Source of the DNA: Schmidtea polychroa
Taxonomy: Eukaryota
Direction of reading: 5' to 3'
Length of the DNA: 64,000 nucleotides
Assembly (NCBI GenBank): GCA_044892525.1
Contig: CM097887.1
Coordinates: 8,308,001 to 8,372,000, forward strand
In this document: positions 29,935-42,773 of the stretch, one piece after another
How positions within the stretch are numbered: the stretch's first letter is position 1
Layout: every line of letters begins with the position of its first letter
Notes under the pieces: model-generated
Database searches by the model: none
Seen by the model: only the letters and a program-made list of their open reading frames with translations
What the model was told of the DNA's origin: nothing
Translations under genes and position numbers: made by a program

Positions 29935-31786
29935 ATGTCTAAAAAATCTATTGAAACAAAATATGCTAAGCGGAAACTGCTTAAAAAATATTTAGAAGTG
30001 GATGAAAAGGTTTTTAATATATGTTTAAATTAACATTTAATTATGTATTTAGATAAATATATTATTTGCGATTGGTACTAGTTCCATCGAACAAAGAATT
30101 TCTTATATGATAGCCAATTATAAAAAACAGGAATTTAATCTACAAGATTGTAATGACGATCTTAGTCAGCATAAAGTGTGATAGTAGCGATAACTTTTAA
30201 TAGTTTCATTTAATTGTAATTAGGAGCTTTTGAAATGGATAATTAGTCAACAATCACAAAATCAAATGGAGAAAGATGAAATTTTGCGAAAAGTGTTGCA
30301 GGTATTTGCAGTTTATCATTGATGATCGAAATTAAAATTGTTAATCAAGGAACCATTTTCCAAAGAAACGAGTCGAGTTGAGCGACTACAAGAAGAGCTT
30401 AATTCCTATCAAAACGAGCAATTGAAAACTCCTATCAAAGTCCAACAGAAATTATCTGCATTCTCGCCCTCCGTGACTCCAATGAAGAATTCAATGATGG
30501 AGAAGATCATGAGCCAATCATTGAATGAATCCTTATGCACCAGCATGGATTCCAGCATGGATTGCCCCACCTCATTAACAATACCATCGATCAAGTTCCG
30601 TCTGTCCGAGCAGCACCAATGGGAGGATAAAAGCGCCTCAAATGAGATCTGTAATGATTGCATGCAGAAAGTGTCCCCATTGGAACTCAACGACAAGAAA
30701 CTGCACCATTGCTCGCGCTGTGGGTTCCACATGCACTCGTCATGCATTAGATTGTCCGCAAGGCGCAAGCTGTGCATCCCGGTGCACAAGGCGGTGGTGG
30801 CAGCCAATGCTGGGGCGCCCGTGAGGGTGACTGGGGAGCGCACGGTTGACATAAGGGACCTGTTGCGGTATGGTGACAAGCGGGATGCTGCTGCTTGCTA
30901 CTGGAGTGCTAGTGAGTGCTCCATGCAGCCTGCGGTGCCCTCGGTGCTGCTGTTGCTTATGCACCACGTGCACACATTCGGGTACGGCCATACCAATCTG
31001 TACCGCAACAGCGCTATCGGCAACCCCGGCGGCACGCACGGGTTCAGCAAGGCTGTCAAGGAATTGGCTGAGAAATTGATGAAGGGCAAGGCCAAGGCCA
31101 TCGGCAGGTTTGATATCGTCACCGTGTGTGACTGCATGAAGCTGTTGCTAGGCAGCCTCAAGGATCCCCTGCTCTCTGATGCTAATATCAATCAGTTCAT
31201 GGCGGCCACCGCCACCGCTGGCACCGCCTATCCAGGTAGCACTAGCAACGGCACTAGCAACGGCACCAGCAGCACTAGCAACGGCACCAATTTCACTGAC
31301 CTCCTCAGGAACATCCTAAACACCAGTCACAGGAACAAAGCCACCATCGCATATTTACTTGTCCATTTAAAGGTAACCATGGCGCCCATTATCTTATTAT
31401 TTTTATTGGTTAATGATTATTTGTCTTCATTGTTGATTTTTTATATTATCGATTTATCCCATTGATTATCCCCACTGATCAGATATTGATTGATTATAAC
31501 ATTTAGGTTGTTGCTGGTTACAGGCGGGGAATGCGTCGGCATGATGTGAATGAGTTAGCAAAAGTTTTTGCTCCTATCCTAATCAGTGAGGAGGCAAGAG
31601 GTAAATATTTGCCAGCGGCTATTGAAGTAATTCTATTGGTTGAATTATGTTGTCATTTGATTGGTGTAATTTATTCAGCTTCTAGAAGGCCTCATCAAAG
31701 TTGAATATGAAATATTCATCGATTATATCACAGATATTATGCTGTTCCAACACGTGACTCAGTTGATGAGGGATCCTTCTGAATGA
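29935..31786 (+). CDS. RACGAP1: Host RacGAP1/MgcRacGAP/CYK-4-like protein (coiled coil, C1, RhoGAP); predicted exons 29935-30009, 30053-30175, 30224-30301, 30350-31372, 31507-31626, 31679-31786 (~508 aa)
   Basis: All five GT-AG introns (43, 48, 48, 134, 52 bp) keep one frame; C1 H..C..C..C..C..H..C..C; GAP NLYRNS (Arg finger), VKELAEKL, LKDPLL, NKATIAYLLVHL, ELAKVFAPIL. Orthology is inferred from architecture and motifs. Confidence 0.8.
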
Positions 31787-32483
31787 TTTCTATTATTTGT
31801 TATTGTAATAAATATTTGTTATTTTTGACTGGTTCAATTGGTAACATTATACGAGAGCTGGTTAAATAAATTTTTTATTTTTCATTATTTATGACAAATC
31901 AAAATGTATTTATTGAAATATTGCTGCGGTTGCGATAATTTTAGAAACCAAGTCATCGAAAATTGATGTACTGAGTCAAGGAAAAAAGACCATAGAAATG
32001 CACAACCGTTTCAGGATACTCGCACTAAACAAATACTATTTGATAATAGGAAATTTGATTTCATTGATTACATTGGAAATTCTCTATTCAAGCAATCAGA
32101 AATTAAATCGATATTTTGGAAATTCATTTCGCTCAAATTACGGGATTAATAAACCTTAAGGAATTCGTTCAGATAGTGACGTAAATTGAATCATTGATTT
32201 TTTAAGAGCACCAGTATTTACATTTAGTACTGTAATGCTCTGGGATTAAATTTTAGCAGATCCACTATTAGGAAAAAGTATTGTCCGATTTCTGGGACAA
32301 TAGTATAGGGAGTAAATTTAAGGAATTACCCTCATCTTTTACAACCTTGACTCTCAGAAATATTTTTCAGGGCGGTTTGAATAACCAATTGACTTTCTTT
32401 TGCAGCAACTGGGTTGTTGATATTTGTTTTTAATCAGTTGTAAGCCTTTGTTTATTTAAATAAAGTTCTAGTATTAAACGATA

Positions 32484-33464
32484 GGGGTCATTGCATAATT
32501 ACGTCACGCTTGAAGGTGGGTGGGTGGGTTCCTTCAAAACGTGACGAGACGTGGGTGGGTGGGTGAGTTGAGCTGAACGTGACGTCACGCTAGTTGTATT
32601 TATTAGTCTATATTTTAATATAAATAAATCTTTAAATTAGAATATTAAAGAAAACTTTTTAATATCGGATGACTACAGACATGTTCAAGAAAAGTAAAGT
32701 TAACAAAATGCCAGATCTATACCAAGATCTAGTGAATACGTATGCTCTTGCACATCCTTCTTCTTCAAGATATTCACCCGGATGTTACGAATCAAACCAA
32801 TCTCAGAAAGCCATACCCATTTGATCTGTATTGTCCATCAATCTCTATTGTGGATTTGGAAAAAAGACAATGTCAAGTCTGTGGCATTAATTTATTAACT
32901 GTTGTTGCCAAACAAATCATTATCGCATCTGTCGTAGACAAAAAACGAATGCCACATTAATTTTTACGGAAGTAGTTGAAGAAGAAGTAGCAGAAGTCGC
33001 AGACACCAGCGACAGTCAGATAAACACGTCTGTTCACCCATTTGTGTGAACCGGAAACCGCTGTTTGGATCTTTTTTAGTTTTACCTTCGGAACAACGTG
33101 GTAATTCTCCATGGTTTCCTGACCTCGAAGAACCAGTTGATTAAATTAATTTTACTTGGTCCACTGTTATGATTTTGAAACATTTTAAAACGAATTCTTG
33201 CTTAATTTAAGCATCTTGAAACAATTTTAAAATCCTTATATAAATTTCATTTTACTTTTTGTTTGAAACATTAAATTGTTACAACTGTCTGTAAATTTGT
33301 AATTGGCATTGTATTAGTGTACCATTGGGCTACCCCCATTTCGTGAATAATAAAATGACGTCACGATTGGGGGTGGGTGTAGGGAAATGTGACCAAACGT
33401 GATAAGGTGGATGGATGTGCCAAAAATGGTTATTTTTGGCGTGACGTAATTATGCAATGACCCC
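32484..33464. mobile_element. Non-autonomous DNA transposon (Zator- or Harbinger-like) with 26-bp perfect TIRs
   Basis: GGGGTCATTGCATAATTACGTCACGC at both ends; flanks ATA/TTA (imperfect TWA-type TSD); internal transposase-like remnant PFDLYCPS...RQCQVCG. Superfamily uncertain. Confidence 0.75.
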
Positions 33465-36228
33465 TTATTGTTATTTATTCATTTATAACCCTGTAAATAG
33501 AATTTGGAGTGAGAAATTTTCTGTGTTAGTTCGAAAAGATACGAACTGAATACGTGTATGTGTGTGTTTTATTCGATGCATTTAAACAACCTCTAAATCA
33601 AATTTGAATATCATTGAATAAATTTCCATCGAATAAAATGAATTTGATTTTATTATATTTATTAACTAATGTGCCAAAGAGAATAGAAATTCAAACATCT
33701 AGATTATCACCAATAACCCGGAGCAATTCAGCGGGATTAATTTCCCATTTCATTAAAACAAATTTGTCTTGATATTTATTATCGCTCGCTAACTTCTTGA
33801 GAAGGCAAATTTTTTCGGTCTCACTGAAACATGTAAGTTTGGAATGACTCGTTAGCTACAGTTACACAACTTAATTGAATATCTATCACAAAAAATAAAA
33901 ACTTTGATAATTAATTGAGAGACAAGAACGGCAATATTATGTGGCAAGTCGGAAAGAGAATGCTGAACAAACCACACGGAAAATGATCGCCAGAGATTTG
34001 ATGTGACTGAAAGATTAATGGCTGAACTTGTCGACTCGAGCAGCTTGAAACATGATTATAATTTCTCTAAGCTATGAATTAGAAACCTGAATAAGAAACT
34101 CGAGGCATGTTTCGTCATATATGAAATCATTATTCTCATTTCCGGTGGATTCACAGAGGAGATTCTGTATAATGATATCTATCCAAATGCTACCAATGAT
34201 TTGCTCTTCTGTGATTGGAAGTATTATACAAATACAAGAAACGAACATAAAATAACCCAAATGACAGTAGTCATTCGAAGAAGAACAAAACTGTATGATT
34301 TTTCGGAATATTTTAACTGCCAAGTGTCTAGTGACAATCTCAGAACGATCGACAATGATAGTGTAGAGAATAGATATAATCTAATATGAACTTAAATCAA
34401 ATTTAACAAAATGTAATTCAGAATTTTAGAAATGATCCACACATTCATAATGCCGCCTAAATTCAACAAAAATTCCTACATATTCATATGCTCCCTGTGA
34501 TTAATTATGGATATAAATCCCACAAAAGGATGTTGAAGACCCTAATAACTGTCAAAGATTGAATACATTAATATTTCAATAATATGAACCAAAAAATCAC
34601 TATTGTTGGGTTATTATTTAACAAGTCGGTTAGTTTCTGGTTCCTCGTGTCCTTTTCCAATCAAATAACTCACACCCAATACAAAACATCTTTATTCAAA
34701 CTTTATCAGAATTACAATTAGACACTCGATTTGAACCTTTCTTTCGTAGACAATCGATATCGTTAGGAAGGTTACCAAGGGTACGATAAGTTATAATTTC
34801 CTTTAATTTTACTTGAATTATTTTCTCTTTGGATTTCTTTGATTTCTTAAACACTATCTAATTTTGTTTCTTAAACCAACTAGCAACTAGCTTTTCCTTT
34901 TATACTTTTATTAATTTATATTAATTTATTAATTCCTTGGCGGATTACCGACATTTACCCAATATTAGGTAGCATTATTTTAATCTTTTTGGGGGTTATC
35001 TGCATTTCCCTAACGCATTGGTTACCCATTATTTCCATTCTTCTGGAAGGGAACATTGAAATCCTACCAATTTCATTCCTAAACGGGCGCTCGATCGGTT
35101 TTCCTCATCCTCCAGATTTCCCGTTGACTGGGGCTTCTCATTAGATCGCGCATTCCATTAATTAATTTGTTATTTTACTATAACCTTTTCTAGAGGCCCC
35201 TCCCTAAAATTTTATTTTTGCTTCTGGATTTGTCTCATGATTAAGCATTCAACCATACCCATTTCACCCGATCGATATTATTTATTACATTTTTATAAAT
35301 TTTTAATTATTTTCGCACTTTTGCTATTTTGGTGTTTTTATTGATTTTTATTCTACTTCCGTTTCATTTTATGTCTCCAGGGAAATTCTTTGACTATTCT
35401 AAGCAGATAAATCTCGACATTTAAAAAAATCCCCATTCTAATTTACAGGATTATCCGAATCTTAAAATTTCTTAATTTATTTCCGGTTTTTATAATCAAT
35501 AATCTCGAATTGAAAATGGAAATTAGCGAAAGAAAGCGGCGGAATATTAGAATAAAACCTGCAATAAATATTCAGGATTCATTAGACAAGGATCCCGAGT
35601 ATCAACCAATGCCTGGCTGTCGAAAATACCATGCAAAATAATAAGTCCACTAATTTGTGAAAGACTTGTTTTCATTTTACAGCAATGATCAATACATTGC
35701 AATAAAAACCGACCAGAAATGTGAACCTATTAACATCATTTATAAAATTTACATTTAATGGGAATCTGAAAACCTTTTCCGCATGATCGAGCTTAAAAAC
35801 AGCAGAAACATCCAACATAAATGTGGAAATAATCACTAATTTCAAATATTTAACCGAGAAAGAATCATTTTCTGTCATAGACAAACACAGCCTGCCTTCT
35901 CCACTATTACATAGCAGAGTTATCACTGAGAATATTAAATAATTATATCCAACAGTAACAATAATAATAATAATAAAAAATAATAATAATTATTATTATT
36001 GTAAGTATAAAATAATGATTTCTTGGTAGCAGCATTAATTCAATATTAAATAAGTAAATAATAAGATAAGCCTTTTGCTGCAATGTATATATTGAATGAA
36101 ATGAAATATTTTCGATTATAAAAATTATTCCATTTCAGTCAATATATACTTTGCAGCAAATTGATTATCTTATCATCTAGTTGCTTACAATTATAATTGT
36201 ATCTATTAATAAAACTAATAATAATAAT

Positions 36229-36230
<2 letters not shown>

Positions 36231-36282
<52 letters not shown>
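36231..36282. repeat. (AAT)n microsatellite, target of the hAT insertion (resumes 38978-39000)
   Basis: Direct observation. Confidence 0.95.
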
Positions 36283-38977
36283 CAGTGCTCGAAGTGAGGC
36301 GGGATAGCCGGGATATTATCCCGGCATTGATTATGTAGGCGGAATTGCATCCCGGCACTTCATTTCATATAATCTATAGGTTTATCCCGGTACTTATTTC
36401 ATTTTATAGGCACACAAATACTGCAATTAAGGTCACACATAGTACATCCATATATGTATGTATATATATATTCTTTATTCTCTATTCTCTATTCAATTAA
36501 GAATTTCCCAAGCAGCAGTAATGGATAGGTAGGTATATTCTCTTATTTATTTTAGTTAAACCAGCAAGTTGTTTGTTGAGTTATTTATACTGCGACCCCC
36601 TCTATATATAATGTGTGCATGATTTCACATGCAGAGAGCTGTTATAATTAACGTGATAAGAAAACATATATGTGCTACGCAGATATACATACACATGCAC
36701 ATATTGACAATCACAATATGTAAGAGATAGGACCGCTTCAATGCCTTTATCGTACTTCTTATCCACTGTATATAGTATGAGTTTTGATGTATTAAAGGTG
36801 TGTGTGTGAAAGTGTAGGCATGAGTTTCTTGTCACGGGCACTGCGTAGCTTACACAAAGGGTGTGTTATTACGTATTTTGTGTCTATGAAATGGACCAAT
36901 TAAATTAATAGCAACTCATAATCACGACCACATAGTCTAGCTCTTTCTATCCCTCTATTCTTATCTCACACATTTGGACTGTCCACTCACATTCTCTATT
37001 GACACTATTGCTTGTGAGCCTTTTGTCTGAGTTACTCTTAAATGAGTGAAACGGATTGATGATTTTTTTAAGCCGAAGGCTCTGAAAATGCAACGAAGTG
37101 ATTCTCCATCTATACCTGATTGTTGGACAGTGGAAACCTGGCTGAAATACAAAAGCAAATATGATTGGCTGATTGTTTCTGCTAAGAATTTAGGATGTTC
37201 CACGTGTCACAAGGTGAAATTGCTTGGTCCGCATAAAAGTCGTGGCGTCAAAATGTCAGAGGAATGGATGTCGGCAAATGTTACACACTATGGTGACACT
37301 CTTGCAAAGCAGCAACAGTCTCTCCGCAAAAAGATGCTTGATCACTTGAATAGCTCAGCACATAAGACAGCATGTATGATATTGAATACTCAGAAATCTG
37401 CGATTATGGAAAATCTGGCAACTATTCATTGTAAAGCTTATGAGGCATCTACTGAAAGAGTTTTCCGAACGGCATATAAACAGGCCAAGTTAAACAGGCC
37501 TTTTTCGGACATGGAGATGGAAATCGACTTGCAACGGCTCAATGGAATAGACATGGGAAGGATTCTCCACAGCGATCATGCATGCGCCAATATAATTGAC
37601 CACATTGCAAAAGAGATGCGTAAAAGGATGTTGGAGGAAATTTAGCACAATTTAGCTGTGATGTACGATGGCTTACAAGAGCTAGCAGACCTTTCACTTT
37701 CTCTACAGCGCCGGGACATGAGCATTCCAGAGGCACACAAACTCATCAACCGTGAGCTGCTTGTCCTAGAGTCCCTAAAAAAAGGAAGAGGAGAGCATTT
37801 GTGTGAAATCTCTGAAAAACCAGCGTTCAAAGGAATTACCCTGCACGAGGGCAGCAAATGCGATGTACTCATTAATGCTAATCGGTTTTTCCAAGCCTTA
37901 CGAGACAATCTGGAATCGCGACTTCTCCCAACACATCATTCCAGCAACGTAACATCCGCACATTCTACAATCACCTTAAAGTGTTATACCCATCCTTCTG
38001 GCCGGATTCAATGGATATTTTATACGGTGATGACAGTATCCGGGCGCTTTGCACCCGATTCAAAATCGACACTGCTAGCTCTCTCCAGGGGATGCGGGAA
38101 TTTATTGAAAATGGTGGCAAGCGCATTTCACAACAACTGCTGCCACTTCTCCGTACAATAGAATGCATTCCTGTATCAACTGCCGAGTGTGAACGTGGGT
38201 TCAGTGCCATGAATCTAATTGTTACTGACTGCCGCTCAAGCTTATCCATATCGCGTTCTTCTGCACTAATGATGATTCGCCTTGTGGGTCCCCCATTAAG
38301 ATTATGGAAGCCCTCTGCTTATGTGCAAAGTTGGCTAACCAGTGGCCACAGACATGCAGACGAAAAGAACTGCCTATCGCGAATTGTCCGTGATGATCCC
38401 GTTAGCGAAACATCAATGTACTCTCTCTGCAAGTTATGAGGGTTTGTTAGTGTTATTCCCACTCTGTTGACGATATGTTCTCAACATGTTTGACAGCATT
38501 TAGTGCTACCAGTTCTTTAATATATTTTACTGTAATTAAATGTTGAATAAAAGCACGTAGAAAGTTAAGTGAATTTGCAGTTTTTTTGAGGTAATGTGAG
38601 AAAATGGGCTATCACCAAAAGGACTATCAGAGTAAGACGTTGACGCTTTATATTAGAAACAAAATTTCCGATTATTTATCAGACAAATTTACACATGCAA
38701 AAAATCTCTGTCATTTTGCTTGGTTAAAAATGAGAATCCCGCAGGGATTTACCCACCCCCCAAAATTGTTAGACACCCCCCCCCACATTAAAACAGGTAC
38801 ACCCCCTGAAACTTATGATTAAATGGGTGGACACCCCCCCCCCCCCAGAAAAAATTTGTTGGACACCCCCCAAAGTTTTGCAACACACCCAACTGAAAAT
38901 TTCTGCATAAAAGCCTGGAATCCCGGGTGCCACAGCATGCCTATCCCGGCACATATTTTGTTCCACTTCGAGCACTG
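36283..38977 (+). mobile_element. hAT transposon (internally deleted, ZNF862-like transposase)
   Basis: 14-bp TIR CAGTGCTCGAAGTG, 8-bp TSD ATAATAAT, subterminal ATCCCGG repeats. Confidence 0.92.
37046..38439 (+). pseudogene. Disrupted hAT transposase (N-terminal Zn finger and hATC dimerisation domain kept; catalytic core apparently deleted)
   Basis: W...Y.WL...GCSTC; IPVSTAECERGFSAMNLI; stop at 37643-37645 and a frameshift near 38000; no DxSTD motif seen. Confidence 0.8.
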
Positions 38978-39002
38978 ATAATAATAATAATAATAATAAT
39001 AT

Positions 39003-39451
39003 AAAGTAATGGTGTAAAATATTTTTGTCGGATGTCTCACTTGAATAAAATAAACAGTACAAGCTTTGTGATACCCAGTGCAAATCCCAATAGTAGACTA
39101 GTTTCGAGCTTTTGGCTCTCATCAGTACTATGCGGGAGACACGAAGATATCTCTTCGCGCCAGGTAAGTATACAATATTGTTGATTCAACTCTATTGCAT
39201 ACTTTCCCCGGTACACTGGAAATCACATCGCTTGCAAAATAGCTTGGTCACAGAAAAAATCTGTAAACTTGTAAACATGGCGTATGAAAAATCATAATCA
39301 CCTCTGCGGACTAAATAATTAGTCGATACACAGAAACTGTTTACAAGTGCATCCGATTACCTTTAGCATTTTTAACTTACAAAGTAATGGTGTAAAATCT
39401 TCTTGTCGGATGTCTCACTTGAATAAAATAAACAGTACAAGCTTTGTGATA
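39003..39451 (-). mobile_element. Penelope-like pseudo-LTR remnant: 71-bp direct repeats (39003-39073, 39381-39451) bracketing a hammerhead
   Basis: The repeats differ at 2 positions; a minimal hammerhead lies between them. Association with Penelope follows from established knowledge of minimal type I HHRs. Confidence 0.55.
39090..39131 (-). ncRNA. Minimal type I hammerhead ribozyme
   Basis: Minus strand: AUAGUA-CUGAUGA-GAGC caaaa GCUC-GAA-ACUAGU-C-UACUAU; stem I 6 bp, stem II 4 bp, palindromic stem III ACUAGU, GUC cleavage triplet. Confidence 0.88.
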
Positions 39452-39465
39452 ATAATATTAATATT

Positions 39466-39467
<2 letters not shown>

Positions 39468-39551
<84 letters not shown>
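39468..39551. repeat. (AAT)n microsatellite
   Basis: Direct observation. Confidence 0.95.
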
Positions 39552-39554
<3 letters not shown>

Positions 39555-40192
39555 CCATGATGAGGATAACTGAATAAAAAAAAAACTAAATAATGCTCCA
39601 AAATTAATAATAATGATCGGGGGAAAAACGGTTAAAACTAATGATGACATGCTCTCCAATTCTGAAAAAATGAATGAAATGGAAAACGAAAAAATATATA
39701 GCAAAAATCAATTAAATCGAATAATGAAATGTATCAAGATCGGTTTTAACTAATAAGTGCAAATGAAAATGAAAACGAAACAATTTTGGAATAGAAATCC
39801 CTTATTTTAAAAGTTACACGAGATAATTAATAAATTACTGAAACAGTCGGAAAAATTAAGAGGAAAACGAAATAAAATATTGACAGATGTCAGAGACAAT
39901 GAGGGAATTAGGAATATCCAAAGGCATATGCTGGAAAACAATTTAATTATCTACAAGTGTCAGGAAATGACAATATATAAAAGAAAGACACTAATTGCAA
40001 AAGACAGAAGGAAATTTATTTGCAGAAGCAGACTTAGAGAGGAGATTATAGAAGACAGAATATTGAGAATTTGAAAAGAGAACTGAAATCGAAACCATAT
40101 TTAATAAAAGTTAAAACGAAAGAGCAAAACAGAAATAGAAATATAATCGGTAAGTCAATAAACCAGTGATAATCAAATTAACAAGCAGAAAT

Positions 40193-40474
40193 TGTTAAAG
40201 TCCTATGTCAAGACAGGAAAGCAACCGGACCAATTGTGCGAGGTGTCACTAGCTAGCAGCATCTGAGTTGTCGTATAATTAAAGTGTTCCCAAGTGCTAT
40301 TCCTTCCTAAGGGTTTTAATAAGCACCAGAATACGTTTGAGTTCCATTCTATTATTGAGTAATTTGTGTCATTGTAATCGTTTGGAATTCGTTATTGTTG
40401 TTGAATAAAACCCGATCGGAGTCAGACAGTAGTTATTGATTTGATAAATTACCGACAACCAACTAACCCCAACA
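40193..40474 (+). repeat. Possible short LTR remnant
   Basis: TGTT...TAACCCCAACA (same last 11 nt as the solo LTR), internal AATAAA; no TSD found. Confidence 0.3.
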
Positions 40475-42714
40475 CATAATAATAAAACTAATTATAATAT
40501 TAACACCAGGTCACGAATCATTGTGTGTTTTAGTTCCATTTCAGAATAATATGCTTTAAATTAGCAACTCACAAATTAAAATCCTATAATTCATAATAAT
40601 GTAAAGTTTCCAAAATCCCCGGAAATATCAACTAGATTGCAAATACCAAAATATACCTGGCCTTATTATGTAGCACAATGAGTCAAGTAGTGATTCAGAA
40701 TTGTGAGTCCTAAACCGATTCTCAAAATCGATTATTTAGACTATTAGACTATTTTATTTCTAAGTGCTTAATTTCTTCCCAAAATCAGAGTTAGATATCA
40801 TTCATAAGGTTTTTATTCAAATTTGGATAATTCATTTAATATTTATAATTAACAAGTAACTGCTTGTTGATTGTCCTTTCTGTTCGGTTGATTTATCAAT
40901 TATAGTTCTATAAACAAATGGATTTGATTCTCCTAACTTAAATTTTAAAAAAATGGCATGGAACCTGTTACAAGATAAATTATTCCAACCCTTGAAACCT
41001 AATTTTCATCAGTATTTCTCAATCGGAGTTCAGTGAGAAATAATGATAAGGCGAACTGACCTGATGCACATTTCCATATTATCGTGGTAATTAATGGTTT
41101 TAACGCATTTTCTCTGCAAATTGTGATTGATCTTAAATAAGAGATTTTAAAAACAATTTCTTTCAAAAACCAAAGTAAAAAGAGAGGCAAAGAAAGTCAC
41201 AACGAAAGACATCTAATTTTGGTGATTTCTTAAGGTATAATTTTAAAAGTAAACATGTAATGAGTTAGACTTCATAGCATAAATAAATAAAATTACATTG
41301 CGATCGAACGTTTAAACTGCCATCTTTCAAAGACGCTTTCAACATTAACTTGAAAACCATTTCTTTTTCGATCTCATGGATTAATGCTCGCTTTATGAAC
41401 TCAGAAACTGAACATAAAAGAATAATATATAAATCGTTTAAACCAAAGACTTTCTTTCTGTGATATTTTAAATGAATGGTAATCGTATATTTTTAACACA
41501 TTATTTATCAAGAGTTACAAGGATATCATAAATCTAGTTTCCCCGGTTGAAAATTTCAAACAAAATGATATAGCAATTGTTAGATAACAATTTGAAATAT
41601 GATATTAAAATTAGATAAAAAGAAATTTAAAAAAGTTTTTTAAAAAGTTATACGATTTCTTATTTTCTCTCATCGGTACCATGTAAGAAACACTGCTCAT
41701 GCGCTTGGTTTGCAAAATATTGATATCACTGGATTCAGTTATATGCTTAATAGAGTTTCTTACATGATACCGATGAGAGCCAAATAAGCTTTTTCAAAGA
41801 AATAATTATATTAAAAAAATAGCGAATGCTAATTTTGAAGAACTGTGAGCGAGTTTTAAATATTATTGAGGATCAATGTTTATTTATTTTACAGAAATTT
41901 TTAGAAAGTTTTTATTCAACTGTTTTGCATTAAACAAAAATATTTGACTTCTATATTTTCAGATTTATTTCGAAGTCAAGGGTTACTAAAACGGGAAATA
42001 TATGATAAAACAATCTAAATAAAAGTTATGATTATAATTTCCAACTGGATAATGTTAACCTCTTAAGTGGTTTATTTCGTCATACGAAATGCGCTTCTCA
42101 GCGGCGAGTTTTGTTATCCGCTAGTGCATATATACGCCTTGGGCATAGTGTTACAAAAAATAAAATAATATCTTATTGGATAATATTTATTAGGATAATA
42201 TGTTAACAAAAGTAATATTTATGATATATTTTTATGTTATATTTTAAAGTAATAAAAATCTTAGCAACAATTGTAATACTAATAAAGGATACTAATAATA
42301 ATAATGATAATAATTCTTTCACAGCAACAATAATAATAATAATAATAATATTAGTTAAAACTAATTAAAAAATTGCTTTAAGAGGAAAATTTTTTTCCAT
42401 TTCCAATAGCACTTATGTGCTTTTTGACTTTTGGTCGCTATCTGGACGGACGTCCAGATAGCGAATTTCTTTTTGCATAATCTGGCACTTTGTGCTCCCA
42501 TTTAATTGAATTATCTGGAAATTTGTTTGGCACTTTATGCATTGACTTAATTCTAATTTGCCTAATCCCCGAAATGCCAATTGATATTCCGTGTTTTTTT
42601 CATATATAAAAGTTTTAATAAATTTTTATTCATATTTTAAAAACTTTTATATGCCCCGTCTCATGTAAGTTCTTAATTTATTTTTTTAATCTATTTTATT
42701 TAATTTAATTTATT

Positions 42715-42773
<59 letters not shown>

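Noticed and set aside
30338-31465. The 375-aa ORF as a complete single-exon gene
   Set aside because: It starts inside an intron (TTG) and its hydrophobic tail is intron read-through after the 31373 donor; the spliced six-exon model fits better.
38819-39704. Poly-Ile, poly-Leu and poly-Tyr ORFs
   Set aside because: Translations of (AAT)n microsatellites.
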